Assembly (NCBI GenBank): GCA_042565955.1
Contig: JBHORG010000001.1
Span: 22,230-86,229, forward strand
Direction: 5' to 3'
Source: Thermoproteota archaeon
Lineage (GTDB): Archaea; Thermoproteota; Bathyarchaeia; Bathyarchaeales; Bathyarchaeaceae
DNA length: 64,000 nt
The notes under the pieces were generated by a model. It saw only the letters and a list, made by a program, of their open reading frames with translations, did not search any database and was not told where the DNA came from. Below are positions 27,323-36,567 of this stretch, one piece after another; position 1 is the first letter of the stretch; each line of letters starts with the position of its first letter. Position numbers and translations under genes: made by a program.

Positions 27323-29131
27323 ATGGCTATAGATTCAAAAAAGTTAAGGAAATTATTCTTGGATTTCTTTAGTGAAAACGAGCATAAGTTAATTCCAAAT
27401 TCTCCTCTTATTCCAGAGTATGATCCTACAGTTCTTTTCACTCCGGCAGGTATGCATCCTCTTATTCCATATTTTTTGGGGCAGTCTCATCCGCTTGGAA
27501 AGAAACTCGTGAATGTTCAAAGATGTTTTAGGACTGGAGACATCGAATGTGTTGGGGATAATTCGCACTTAACTTTTTTTGAAATGTTGGGTAACTGGTC
27601 TCTAGGTGATTACTTCAAAAAAGAGGCCATTAGGTTGAGCTATGACTTTCTTACAGACAAGAGATGGCTAAACTTGGACAAAAAACGGTTGTTCGTAACT
27701 GTGTTTGCGGGAGATCAAAATGCTCCAAAAGACACTGAGAGTTGTGAATCATGGAGTGTTTTGGGTATTCCCGATGATCATATCTTTTTTTTGTCAAAGG
27801 AGGATAATTGGTGGGGTCCAGTTGGTAACACAGGACCTTGTGGACCTTGTACTGAAATGTTCTATGATACTGGAAAGCCGTCCTGCAGTCTATCCTGTGG
27901 ACCTGGTTGTTCATGTGGTAAATTTTTTGAGCTCTGGAACGATGTTTTTATGGAATATAACAAAACTTCTTCAGGCTGTTATGAACTCCTAAAACAGAAG
28001 AACGTTGATACTGGAATGGGCGTAGAACATACTGCCGCAATGCTTGAAGCCAAAGAGAACGTATTTCAGATTGCTGCAGTTCGACCAATAGCAAAAAGAG
28101 TGGAGGAGATTGCCTCAATTAGTGTGCCAACTCCTGTTGAAGAAAAATCTATTAGAATTATTACTGATCATATTCGTGCTTCAACATTCTTTCTGGGTGA
28201 CGAACGAGGAGTTAAGCCAAGCAATGCCGATCGAGGGTATGTTTTACGTCGGTTAATCCGACGTGCAATAAGATTTGGACGATTAATTGGAATTGAAAGA
28301 GATTTCTTGACGAATCTTGCTGACATTGTCATAATACTTAACGAGTTTGAGTATCCTCTGCTTAGAGAAAAAGAAGCTAGCATACTTGATGAGATAAGTA
28401 AAGAAGAGGTCAAGTTTAAGAGGACTCTTGCAAAGGGTTTGAGGAAGTTCAAGCGAATAGCAAATAATAGTCCAAAGATTGACGGAAAAAATGCTTTCTT
28501 GTTGTTTCAGAGCTTCGGATTTCCTATTGAGTTGACAAAAGAGCTTGCTACAGAGAGTGGTATTGAAGTTGACGAGGAGGAGTTCAGGAATGAGTATGGA
28601 CGGCATCAGAAAGTCTCGTCTGCAAGTGCAAAAAAGCTGTTTAAAGGTGGTTTAAGTGACGCATCTATAGAGACTATAAGACTTCATACTGTAACACACA
28701 TACTAAATGAAGCATTGCGAAGAGTCTTAAAAAATAGAAATATTGTTCAAAGAGGGTCGAACATTACTCCAGAACGGTTGCGTTTTGACTTTAATTTCGA
28801 TAGACCTCTGGAACATAACGAAATAGATTCAATTGAAAAAATGGTTAATGAGCAAATTAGGAAAACTTTGCCTGTGGTTAGAGAAGAAATGACTGTTGAA
28901 GAGGCAAAAAATAGGGGTGCACAAGCTGTGTTTGATACTAAATACGGTGGTGCGGTAATATCTGTTTATAACATAGGAGATTTCTCGACCGAAATTTGTG
29001 GTGGGCCTCATGTTGATAGTACAATTGATTTGGGGACTTTTAAAATAACAAAACAAAAAGGCATCGCAGCCGGAGTCAGAAGAATACGAGCCGTACTTCA
29101 AAAGAATCCAGAAGAGGCAAAGCACAGGTAA
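27323..29131 (+). CDS. alaS: Alanyl-tRNA synthetase, bacterial-type, short form without C-Ala domain
   Basis: The N-terminal region is collinear with bacterial AlaRS (DPTVLFTPAGM, FFEMLGNWSLGDYFK, GPCGPCTEMFYD, VDTGMGVEH). Editing motifs HTVTHILNEAL and CGGPHV are present. The ORF stops at 602 aa right after GVRRIRAV. Confidence 0.8.
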   Translation: MAIDSKKLRKLFLDFFSENEHKLIPNSPLIPEYDPTVLFTPAGMHPLIPYFLGQSHPLGKKLVNVQRCFRTGDIECVGDNSHLTFFEMLGNWSLGDYFKKEAIRLSYDFLTDKRWLNLDKKRLFVTVFAGDQNAPKDTESCESWSVLGIPDDHIFFLSKEDNWWGPVGNTGPCGPCTEMFYDTGKPSCSLSCGPGCSCGKFFELWNDVFMEYNKTSSGCYELLKQKNVDTGMGVEHTAAMLEAKENVFQIAAVRPIAKRVEEIASISVPTPVEEKSIRIITDHIRASTFFLGDERGVKPSNADRGYVLRRLIRRAIRFGRLIGIERDFLTNLADIVIILNEFEYPLLREKEASILDEISKEEVKFKRTLAKGLRKFKRIANNSPKIDGKNAFLLFQSFGFPIELTKELATESGIEVDEEEFRNEYGRHQKVSSASAKKLFKGGLSDASIETIRLHTVTHILNEALRRVLKNRNIVQRGSNITPERLRFDFNFDRPLEHNEIDSIEKMVNEQIRKTLPVVREEMTVEEAKNRGAQAVFDTKYGGAVISVYNIGDFSTEICGGPHVDSTIDLGTFKITKQKGIAAGVRRIRAVLQKNPEEAKHR

Positions 29132-29181
29132 TTCCAAACACACAAAACCATACTATAAACCTTAACAATCGTAATAGGAGA

Positions 29182-29226
29182 CTAATAATACTTCATTGTT
29201 GAAAACTACCTTTTTTCTGAAAAACC
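29182..29226 (+). repeat. Dispersed conserved intergenic element, copy A
   Basis: ctaataatacttcattgttgaaaactaccttttttctgaaaaacc lies in the convergent gap between alaS (50 nt upstream) and metK. Confidence 0.75.
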
Positions 29227-29277
29227 AAACAACAATAAAAAAGAAAAATAAAAAAAAGTCTATGGTGTCTGGCTGTT

Positions 29278-30489
29278 TTACCAGACTGAGATTTTTCCGT
29301 AAGTCAGTTTCTCGCAGAAATCCTCTATGTTTGCCAGTTCTACGTCGATAACTTCTATTATTCTCGCTTGCACCTTATTATCAAGAGAAGCTCCATCGTT
29401 CATGACTACCTGTGCAGCAGCAATAGCGGGCTGATCAATCGCTATTCCAATCTGGCTAAGAAGCCATACACAAGTCTCTGCTACTTCAGGAACTTCACTG
29501 CAGATTTTTCTTGCTATCTGGTGCGTTAAAGCGTTGTAGATTTTACCAACATGGCTGACTGGATTCTTTCCTGCAGCAGCCTCAGTACCTATTGGCCTGT
29601 TCAAAGAGATTACTCCGTTGACCTTATTTCCTCTACCTACCTGACCAGAATCAGCGCCATCCGCGCTAGTGCCAAGCACACTCAAGTAGACGCCATCTAC
29701 GCCTCGCCCCTCAACATCTAGAGTGTTAACAAAAACGTTAACCTTATCAAAGTCGCCTTTCGCGTTAGCCCACGCATCTATATCCGCCTGAATGTCAGCC
29801 TTCTTTCGCATGTAATCTTTCTCACCATCAACAAAACGGTCAACAAAAGCCATGGCCACAGTCAAATTCAGAACATTACCGTTCTTGTAGCCCATAACTT
29901 TAACGTCTTCTCCACCCGCAGGGAACCGTTTCTTGAAATCTGCTGAATTCACGTAACGTTCAGTAGTCAAAACCATATTCTCTGTCCTTGTCAGTGGCGC
30001 GTAGCCAACAGCTGCAGAAGTGTCGTTAGCTCCAAACATGCAGGTTTCTCGTTTGAAAATGTCAGTAAGCCCCTGGGAACCATGTTTTATCTCTACTTGG
30101 TATCTCATATGCTCTTCCGGATCAACAAAACGAAGATTTTCTGTCAGCCATTTTTTAGCAGTTTTTATTGCGATTTCTTCAACAGGAATATCCTTTCCAT
30201 TAGCTTCAAAAGTTGCTCTATCACCGAAAATAAGAAGCATAGGATCATTCACGACCCCGCCCCCAAACTTACACTCTACGTCTCCAGCAACAAGCAACGA
30301 CTTGTCAGTATTATGATGCAAAATGGTCCCGAACTCCTTTATATACGCTTTACTAAGTTCCACCGAGACCTGATCCATTATGGCGTCACACATTGAGTCA
30401 GGATGACCGACACCCTTGCGTTCAACAATCTCTACTGGTTGCTTATCAAGAGGTATCCGTTTCGAACCGTTAACAAGTATGTTCCTCAT
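29278..30489 (-). CDS. metK: S-adenosylmethionine synthetase, archaeal type
   Basis: MRNILVN...VEIVERKGVGHPDSMCDAI is an archaeal MAT signature. 403 aa. Confidence 0.9.
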   Translation of the reverse strand: MRNILVNGSKRIPLDKQPVEIVERKGVGHPDSMCDAIMDQVSVELSKAYIKEFGTILHHNTDKSLLVAGDVECKFGGGVVNDPMLLIFGDRATFEANGKDIPVEEIAIKTAKKWLTENLRFVDPEEHMRYQVEIKHGSQGLTDIFKRETCMFGANDTSAAVGYAPLTRTENMVLTTERYVNSADFKKRFPAGGEDVKVMGYKNGNVLNLTVAMAFVDRFVDGEKDYMRKKADIQADIDAWANAKGDFDKVNVFVNTLDVEGRGVDGVYLSVLGTSADGADSGQVGRGNKVNGVISLNRPIGTEAAAGKNPVSHVGKIYNALTHQIARKICSEVPEVAETCVWLLSQIGIAIDQPAIAAAQVVMNDGASLDNKVQARIIEVIDVELANIEDFCEKLTYGKISVW

Positions 30490-30692
30490 GAAAACACCTT
30501 GACGAAAGGCTAACTGTGATAATTCATATATACCTTACGATAATTCGGACAACAAATCCCAACAACAAAATCATACCAAAAATCTCCATTTTTCAATGCC
30601 AACAACTCCACATACAAAAGAACAACAGTGTTTCTCCTCACAGTTTTTGCCTTAAAATTGTAGTAAAGATTGATAAATAGGACATTTGAATA

Positions 30693-32180
30693 GTGGAAAA
30701 TATGCGTGAACAGTTAAAAGAAGCATGCGGGGTTTTCGCAGCACAAGACTTTACCGACAAGCCTGTATTCCCCTACCTCTACTGGGGACTACGATCCCAA
30801 AACCACCGCGGCCACCAATCCCACGGATTCCTCACCCACGACGGAACATTCCACAATAAAAAAGGCCTTGACCTTGTTCCGAAAATAAAAAAGGATGAAA
30901 TCCAAAAGTGGCTTACAGAATTGCCCGGTTCTGTTGGATTGGGGCATGTCAGATATTCAACATCTGGCGGAACAGATTATGCCTCACTTGTTAAGAGCAC
31001 ACAACCAATTCTAGAAAAACGGGGAGAAAAACAGATAGGAATCGCCTTCAATGGTAATGTCGTCAATACTCCCGAAATAATACAAGAAATAAGAGAAGAA
31101 TACCCAAACTTCAGATTCAACTACGATGCAGAACTAATCTCCAGAAAACTACTAAGACAAGGAAAAAACGGCGACTTAGCCTCCTCTGTAAAACGATGCA
31201 TGACAGAAATAGAAGGCGCCTTGTCCGTTGCAGGTCTGACAGAAAAAGGAGAGCTCTTCGCCTTCAGAGATCCTCGTGGAATAAGACCCCTCTGTTGTGG
31301 ATGTAGCAAAAACGGAAAAACCTTCGCTGTATCATCAGAAACCGTGGGTCTAGACATAAACAGCCTCGACTTCAGTTTTGAAATAAACCCTGGAGAGTTT
31401 GTTGTAGCGTCAAAAGACGGTTTCACCAGAAAACAACTGTGTAATGGAGATAAAAGGGCATTGTGTGCTTTCGAGTTCGCCTACTTTGCTAGGCCTGACT
31501 CAAGACTAGGTAACAGGTACGTTTATGAAGTTCGAGAAGCATTTGGGAGAAACTTTGCATGGGAATATCCTGAAACCACAAGCAAAGTGGACATGATCTT
31601 GTCGATGCCCGAAACAGGTAACGACGCAGCATTCGGATACCACGAGTTGACAGGTATACGATGGGAAAGAGCTTCTAGAAGACATAGATACGTAGCAGAA
31701 AGAGCGTTTATTTTGCTTTCAGACGAACGATACACCACAATAGACAGAAAAATCAATATTGTTGACCACAAACTGACTGGTAAAAATGTTGGCGTAGTTG
31801 ATGACAGCATAGTTAGAGGCGACACCACCAAAGTAGTGGTAAAGAAGTTGCGGGAAATGGGCGCAAATAAAGTTTATTTATTCATAACATTTCCAAGAAT
31901 TATTGGTCCATGTTTCTACGGTGTTGACATGGCAACCTATAGAGAACTTATAGGTTCACAGCACGACGCAGAGGAGATAGCCGAGATAGTTGGCGCGGAC
32001 GCAGTGAACTATCAGTCAATTGATGGCTTAATCAAAGCTACGGGCTTAAACAAAGAGGACCTGTGCTTGGGATGTATCACAGGAAAGTATCCAACTCCTA
32101 TTGCCCAGAAGTTGGCTGACGAGATGAAAGAAAGGTTCGAGAACGGATACACCGAAAAAGGTAGAATATACGAAAGCTGA
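30693..32180 (+). CDS. purF: Amidophosphoribosyltransferase
   Basis: A short propeptide precedes the catalytic Cys (ACGVFAA). The PRTase motif VGVVDDSIVRGDT is present. Start is GTG 30693 or ATG 30702. Confidence 0.9.
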   Translation: MENMREQLKEACGVFAAQDFTDKPVFPYLYWGLRSQNHRGHQSHGFLTHDGTFHNKKGLDLVPKIKKDEIQKWLTELPGSVGLGHVRYSTSGGTDYASLVKSTQPILEKRGEKQIGIAFNGNVVNTPEIIQEIREEYPNFRFNYDAELISRKLLRQGKNGDLASSVKRCMTEIEGALSVAGLTEKGELFAFRDPRGIRPLCCGCSKNGKTFAVSSETVGLDINSLDFSFEINPGEFVVASKDGFTRKQLCNGDKRALCAFEFAYFARPDSRLGNRYVYEVREAFGRNFAWEYPETTSKVDMILSMPETGNDAAFGYHELTGIRWERASRRHRYVAERAFILLSDERYTTIDRKINIVDHKLTGKNVGVVDDSIVRGDTTKVVVKKLREMGANKVYLFITFPRIIGPCFYGVDMATYRELIGSQHDAEEIAEIVGADAVNYQSIDGLIKATGLNKEDLCLGCITGKYPTPIAQKLADEMKERFENGYTEKGRIYES

Positions 32181-32225
32181 CACAAACTAACCAATAATGA
32201 ACAATTTAGTATGTTTAGGTGATCA

Positions 32226-33638
32226 GTGATGGAGAAAGTGGGTATTTTAGTGATTTCTTACGGCTCAAGAGCAGCCGCAATGATAGATACTTTTGTTCGA
32301 AGCGAAGATTATGCCCCAAAGTTCTATGTTATTGATAAACAGAAAAACCCCTTTAACGTAAAACATGCAGAAAAACACACGGTTATTTCTGATTTTAACC
32401 TAAAGGAGATTGCGAGATTTGCCAAAAAACACAAAGACAAAATCGACTTTGGTATTGTTGGTCCCGAAAAACCAATCATCGTAGGAGTAAGAGATGTCAT
32501 CGAGAAAGAAACAAAGATTCCCATAATTTGTCCAACCAAAAAATACGCCATCGAAGCAAGCAAAGTAGCTCAGCGCCAACTATTCCAGAAGGTTGCACCA
32601 CAAGTTAATCCCAAATTCAAAGTTTTCGACCCCGAAGACTATCGTGGCACAGCACAAGTTAAGAAGAGCGTGTATTCTTGGTTAAAAGAACTAGACAATC
32701 AAGTAGCAGTAAAGCCTGATAGGGCAACTGCAGGAAAAGGAGTTGGAGTCTGGGGAGACCACTTCAACACACCCGACGAGGTTTTTAAGCATTTCATTTC
32801 AAACTATGAGCATGGTCCAGTTATAATCGAAGAGAAAGTGGAGGGAGAAGAATCCAGCTACCAAAGTTTCTGTGATGGAAAACGTTTGGTACCTTTGCCT
32901 GAAACCAGAGACTATAAACGCGCCTTCGACGACGACATAGGACCTAACACTGGAGGTATGGGTGCCTACAAAAATGCTGGAGACAAATTACCTTTCATGA
33001 AATTAAAAGACAGAGAGAAAGAAATCGCGCTAATCGACAAAGTTTTTGCAGAACTGAAAGGAAAAGGCAGCAATCCAGAACTACGAGGTGTTCCTTTTTA
33101 TGCTGCTTTCATTCACACAGGCAAAGGACCAAAAATCTTAGAGGTCAACAGTAGACCTGGAGACCCGGAAATAATGACTCTTTTGCCCACCCTTAAGGAC
33201 GACTTCGTTGAAGTATGCTACAACATGGTAGACGGCAACCTAAGAAAAGTCAACTTCAAGAAGCAGGCAACAGTTGTAACCTATAAAGTTCCGCCAGACT
33301 ACGGCGGCTATGCAACCAAGTTTCCCGACCGTATAAACAAAAATGAAGTAGATATTGCCGTTAACTTGAGTGGTGCAGCGAAACTGGTTGCGAAGAACGG
33401 TGATTGCATCAGAGTGTATCCTGGTTCTATGGAGCTTAGGAATGGAGAAAGCTTTACCCTTGGCTCACGCACAGTAGCCGTTGTAGGCATAGGGGACAAT
33501 ATATCTGAGGCAAGAGAAAAATCCCTTGAAGGCATAAATGCGATTAAAGGCGGAGCACTCTGGAACCGAAACGATATCGCAGAAATGCTACATATCAATA
33601 ATAGCATAAAACATATGGAAGAATTGAGGAGGCTCTGA
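32226..33638 (+). CDS. purD: Phosphoribosylamine-glycine ligase (divergent N-domain)
   Basis: ATP-grasp core EEKVEGEESSYQSFCDG...RDYKRAFDDDIGPNTGGMGAY and a PurD C-domain (GSRTVAVVGIGDNISEAREKS). The canonical GGREHA is replaced by YGSRAAAM. Its stop overlaps the next start as TGATG. Confidence 0.85.
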   Translation: MMEKVGILVISYGSRAAAMIDTFVRSEDYAPKFYVIDKQKNPFNVKHAEKHTVISDFNLKEIARFAKKHKDKIDFGIVGPEKPIIVGVRDVIEKETKIPIICPTKKYAIEASKVAQRQLFQKVAPQVNPKFKVFDPEDYRGTAQVKKSVYSWLKELDNQVAVKPDRATAGKGVGVWGDHFNTPDEVFKHFISNYEHGPVIIEEKVEGEESSYQSFCDGKRLVPLPETRDYKRAFDDDIGPNTGGMGAYKNAGDKLPFMKLKDREKEIALIDKVFAELKGKGSNPELRGVPFYAAFIHTGKGPKILEVNSRPGDPEIMTLLPTLKDDFVEVCYNMVDGNLRKVNFKKQATVVTYKVPPDYGGYATKFPDRINKNEVDIAVNLSGAAKLVAKNGDCIRVYPGSMELRNGESFTLGSRTVAVVGIGDNISEAREKSLEGINAIKGGALWNRNDIAEMLHINNSIKHMEELRRL

Positions 33639-34744
33639 TGTCAGCAGAAGCGTCCCAAACTAATCCGCGAATATTCGTTACCGACTGTGAGGGACCAATC
33701 TCAAAAAACGATAATGCCTTCGAACTTGCAGGCAATTTTGTGCAGGATGGTGACCGCTTTTTTGCTCTTGTAAGCAAGTATGATGATGTACTTGCGGATG
33801 TTGTCAAAAAGCCCAACTACAAGGCTGGAGACACATTGCGACTGATTCTTCCTTTCCTGAAAGCATATGGGGCTACAGACAAAAAGATTAGAGATTTTTC
33901 ATCCAAAAATGTTCTACTGGTTCCAGGAGCCAAAAACACGCTCGCTGTTGTCAGAAAACTTTTGCCTTCATTCATAGTCAGCACCAGTTACGAGCATTAT
34001 ATCTCTGCTCTGTGTAATGTTATAGATTTTCCCTTTGAGAACACTTACTGTACCCGCTTGAATATGGACAAATACAACATACCTGTCGAAGAGATAATAC
34101 GCCTAAAAGAGTTGGGAAACGAAATAGCAACACTACCCATGATTGAAATCCCCAACAACAGCAATTCATTAAACGAGTTTTCACAAAGAGATCAAGAAAC
34201 CATAGACCGATTGAATGAGATATTCTGGAAAGAACTATCAAACATGAATTCTGGCAAGATGTTAACTGAAGTTAATCCTGTTGGGGGAACAGAGAAGGCA
34301 CGGGCTGTAAAAGATATTGTCAAAAAGTTAGGAAGTACCCTTGATGCAGTGATGTATGTGGGTGATAGCATAACAGACGCACCAGCCTTAAAGCTAGTTC
34401 GAGAGAACGGTGGATTTGCGGTCTCATTTAATGGCAACGATTATTCTGTACGGGAATCAGATGTCGCGGTAATTTCAGGAGACACTACAGTAACTTCAGT
34501 TCTTGCAGATGTGTTCAACAGACTAGGAAAAGAGGGAGCACTTAAACTGGTTAATGAGTGGAGTCCATCTGGGCTTGAGAAATATTGTGTTATTCCAGAG
34601 TTATGTGAGCATATGTCAGTGTTGTTTTCTGGCGGTTTTCTTCAGGTTGAACACATAACTAACGATAATATGGAACGGTTGATGAGAGAAAGCGGTGTTT
34701 TTAGGAAGACCGTGAGGGGAGAGGCTATAGGAAAGTTAGGTTAA
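33638..34744 (+). CDS. HAD-superfamily-like protein resembling methanogen EhaR
   Basis: The N-terminal IFVTDCEGPISKNDNAFEL is HAD motif I-like (D-x-E), and YVGDSITDAPALK is motif IV-like. It resembles proteins annotated energy-converting hydrogenase A subunit R, from memory. Confidence 0.5.
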   Translation: MSAEASQTNPRIFVTDCEGPISKNDNAFELAGNFVQDGDRFFALVSKYDDVLADVVKKPNYKAGDTLRLILPFLKAYGATDKKIRDFSSKNVLLVPGAKNTLAVVRKLLPSFIVSTSYEHYISALCNVIDFPFENTYCTRLNMDKYNIPVEEIIRLKELGNEIATLPMIEIPNNSNSLNEFSQRDQETIDRLNEIFWKELSNMNSGKMLTEVNPVGGTEKARAVKDIVKKLGSTLDAVMYVGDSITDAPALKLVRENGGFAVSFNGNDYSVRESDVAVISGDTTVTSVLADVFNRLGKEGALKLVNEWSPSGLEKYCVIPELCEHMSVLFSGGFLQVEHITNDNMERLMRESGVFRKTVRGEAIGKLG

Positions 34745-34762
34745 CATTAGAAGGGAGATTTC

Positions 34763-35665
34763 ATGAAGGCTGAAATCGAAGACACTTACGCTGAAGCTTT
34801 CGACGGAATATATTCTAGAGTTATCGTTACCGCTGACCATCATGAAGTTTTGCGGAAAGCTGCAACTGATGCAACAGCCACTCCAGCTATAGTAATAGGC
34901 AGAATTGAGGGCGGAGTCGAAAAATATCTAAACAAAGAAGAAACGCCAGACGGACGCGAAGGTGTTATTCTTCAGTTTTGGGGAGGAATAGACGAAAACA
35001 AGTCTCGAGACTATTCTGTAAAAAAGTTTGAGGCAGAATTCTCATTTAGGATAAGGCAGGATATTCTCGTGAAACCGTTTACTGCAGTTTTTGACTCATT
35101 ACATAATGCAGAAGGAAAAATTGGAATGATGGAACGGGTCGGTCACTGCGGAGATGGTTTTGAATGGGAAGAACAACGGTACAGACGAAACATGATTGCG
35201 GTTCCTTTGATGGTTTCCGAGTTTTTTATTGAAAAAGAATTGGGTTATACGCGAGGAGTTATGGGAGCCAATTTCTGGTTCATGTGCAAAACCAAGCAAG
35301 CAGTTATGAAAGGAGGAAAAAAAGCATTAGATGCCATACACGAAGTTCCAGGCGTCATAACACCATTTGATATTTGCTCTGCAGGTTCAAAACCTGAAAC
35401 CAAGTTTCCATTGATCGGTCCAACAACCAATCATCCATACTGCTCTAGCCTAAAAACTATCTTGGGAAAGAACTCAAAGGTTCCTGTAGGCGTAAAGTAT
35501 ATTCCAGAAATAGTCATCAACGGAACCTCCCTTGAAGCAGTTAAAGAAGCAATGAATGTGGGTATCCAAGCCGCCTTAGAAGTGGATGATGTAGTAATAA
35601 TTTCTGCCGGGAATTATAATGGAAAACTGGGTAGGTACAAAATACGTCTGATGGAGTTGTTCTGA
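34763..35665 (+). CDS. Formylmethanofuran:tetrahydromethanopterin formyltransferase (Ftr) family protein
   Basis: N-terminus [21 protein letters not shown] and C-terminus [24 protein letters not shown]...[21 protein letters not shown] closely parallel Methanopyrus Ftr as I recall it. 300 aa, GGGAG RBS. Confidence 0.85.
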   Translation: MKAEIEDTYAEAFDGIYSRVIVTADHHEVLRKAATDATATPAIVIGRIEGGVEKYLNKEETPDGREGVILQFWGGIDENKSRDYSVKKFEAEFSFRIRQDILVKPFTAVFDSLHNAEGKIGMMERVGHCGDGFEWEEQRYRRNMIAVPLMVSEFFIEKELGYTRGVMGANFWFMCKTKQAVMKGGKKALDAIHEVPGVITPFDICSAGSKPETKFPLIGPTTNHPYCSSLKTILGKNSKVPVGVKYIPEIVINGTSLEAVKEAMNVGIQAALEVDDVVIISAGNYNGKLGRYKIRLMELF

Positions 35666-36567
35666 TGACCTTTGATGTTGTTGGTTTTGGTGCCCTCAAC
35701 CTGGATAAGCTCTTCAAGGTGCACATGATCGCCAAGGAAGAGGAAGAAGCATCTGTAATAGACTTCAACGAGTCTGGTGGTGGATCGGCAGCTAATACTG
35801 TTGTTGGTTTAACTAGGCTGGAAATGAAAACTGGTTTTATTGGGAAGGTTGCCGTTGATCGTGAAGGAATTTTTCTCTTAAATGAATTGAAAAAAGAAGG
35901 CGTTGACATCAACGGCATAACAATTTCTAAGGTTGGTAGAAGCGGTACGGTCATGGGATACGTCGATCCAAATGCAGATCGAGCATTATATGTTGATCCA
36001 GGGATCAACGACCAGCTAGACTTCAACGACATTAATGTAGACTATGTTTCTGGTACAGAGTTTCTGCATATATCATCATTTGTTGGAGAAAAGCCTTTCA
36101 TAGCTCAAAAACAACTCATAACAATGCTTTCTGATGTGAAACTAAGTTTTGATCCCGGAGTCCTCTACGCAAGAAAGGGTTTAGCGGCACTAAAACCATT
36201 ACTAAAAAGAAGTCGTTCAGTGTTTCCAAACGAGATGGAAGTTAAGCTGCTTACAGGAAAAAACTATTCAGATGGAGCGAAAAAGTTGATGAAGTTAGGT
36301 GCTGAGTTAGTAGCGGTAAAGCTTGGCAAAAGGGGTTGCTATGTCTCTGATGGGAAAGAGAGCCACCTGATCAAACCCTATATGGTGGAAGCGATTGATA
36401 CAACTGGTGCTGGGGATGCTTTCTGTACAGGATTCATCTATGGTTTAATCAATGGAAAAGATTTGTATGAGTGTGGGCGACTGGGTAACTTTGTTGCTTC
36501 CCGTTGCATCTCAAAGATGGGTGCCAGAACCGGACTACCACAATTAGCAGATCTAAAAGATGTCTAG
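35665..36567 (+). CDS. PfkB-family (ribokinase-like) sugar/nucleoside kinase
   Basis: GGSAANT di-Gly region and DTTGAGDAF anion-hole motif. TGATG overlap with the Ftr-family gene. Confidence 0.8.
   Translation: MTFDVVGFGALNLDKLFKVHMIAKEEEEASVIDFNESGGGSAANTVVGLTRLEMKTGFIGKVAVDREGIFLLNELKKEGVDINGITISKVGRSGTVMGYVDPNADRALYVDPGINDQLDFNDINVDYVSGTEFLHISSFVGEKPFIAQKQLITMLSDVKLSFDPGVLYARKGLAALKPLLKRSRSVFPNEMEVKLLTGKNYSDGAKKLMKLGAELVAVKLGKRGCYVSDGKESHLIKPYMVEAIDTTGAGDAFCTGFIYGLINGKDLYECGRLGNFVASRCISKMGARTGLPQLADLKDV

Noticed and set aside
29182-29226. The repeated element might be solitary CRISPR repeats, because its first 25 nt end in ATTGTTGAAAAC, which is CRISPR-repeat-like
   Set aside because: Copies are single and tens of kb apart. 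Each is followed by the same conserved 3' half rather than by unique spacers. No cas genes or leader are present.
35541-36032. Long antisense ORFs in the track: 35541..36032, 51960..52415, 54775..55299, 61632..62108, 7033..7389
   Set aside because: All lie opposite strongly supported conserved genes, have low-complexity or biased composition, and lack start signals. They are treated as shadow ORFs.
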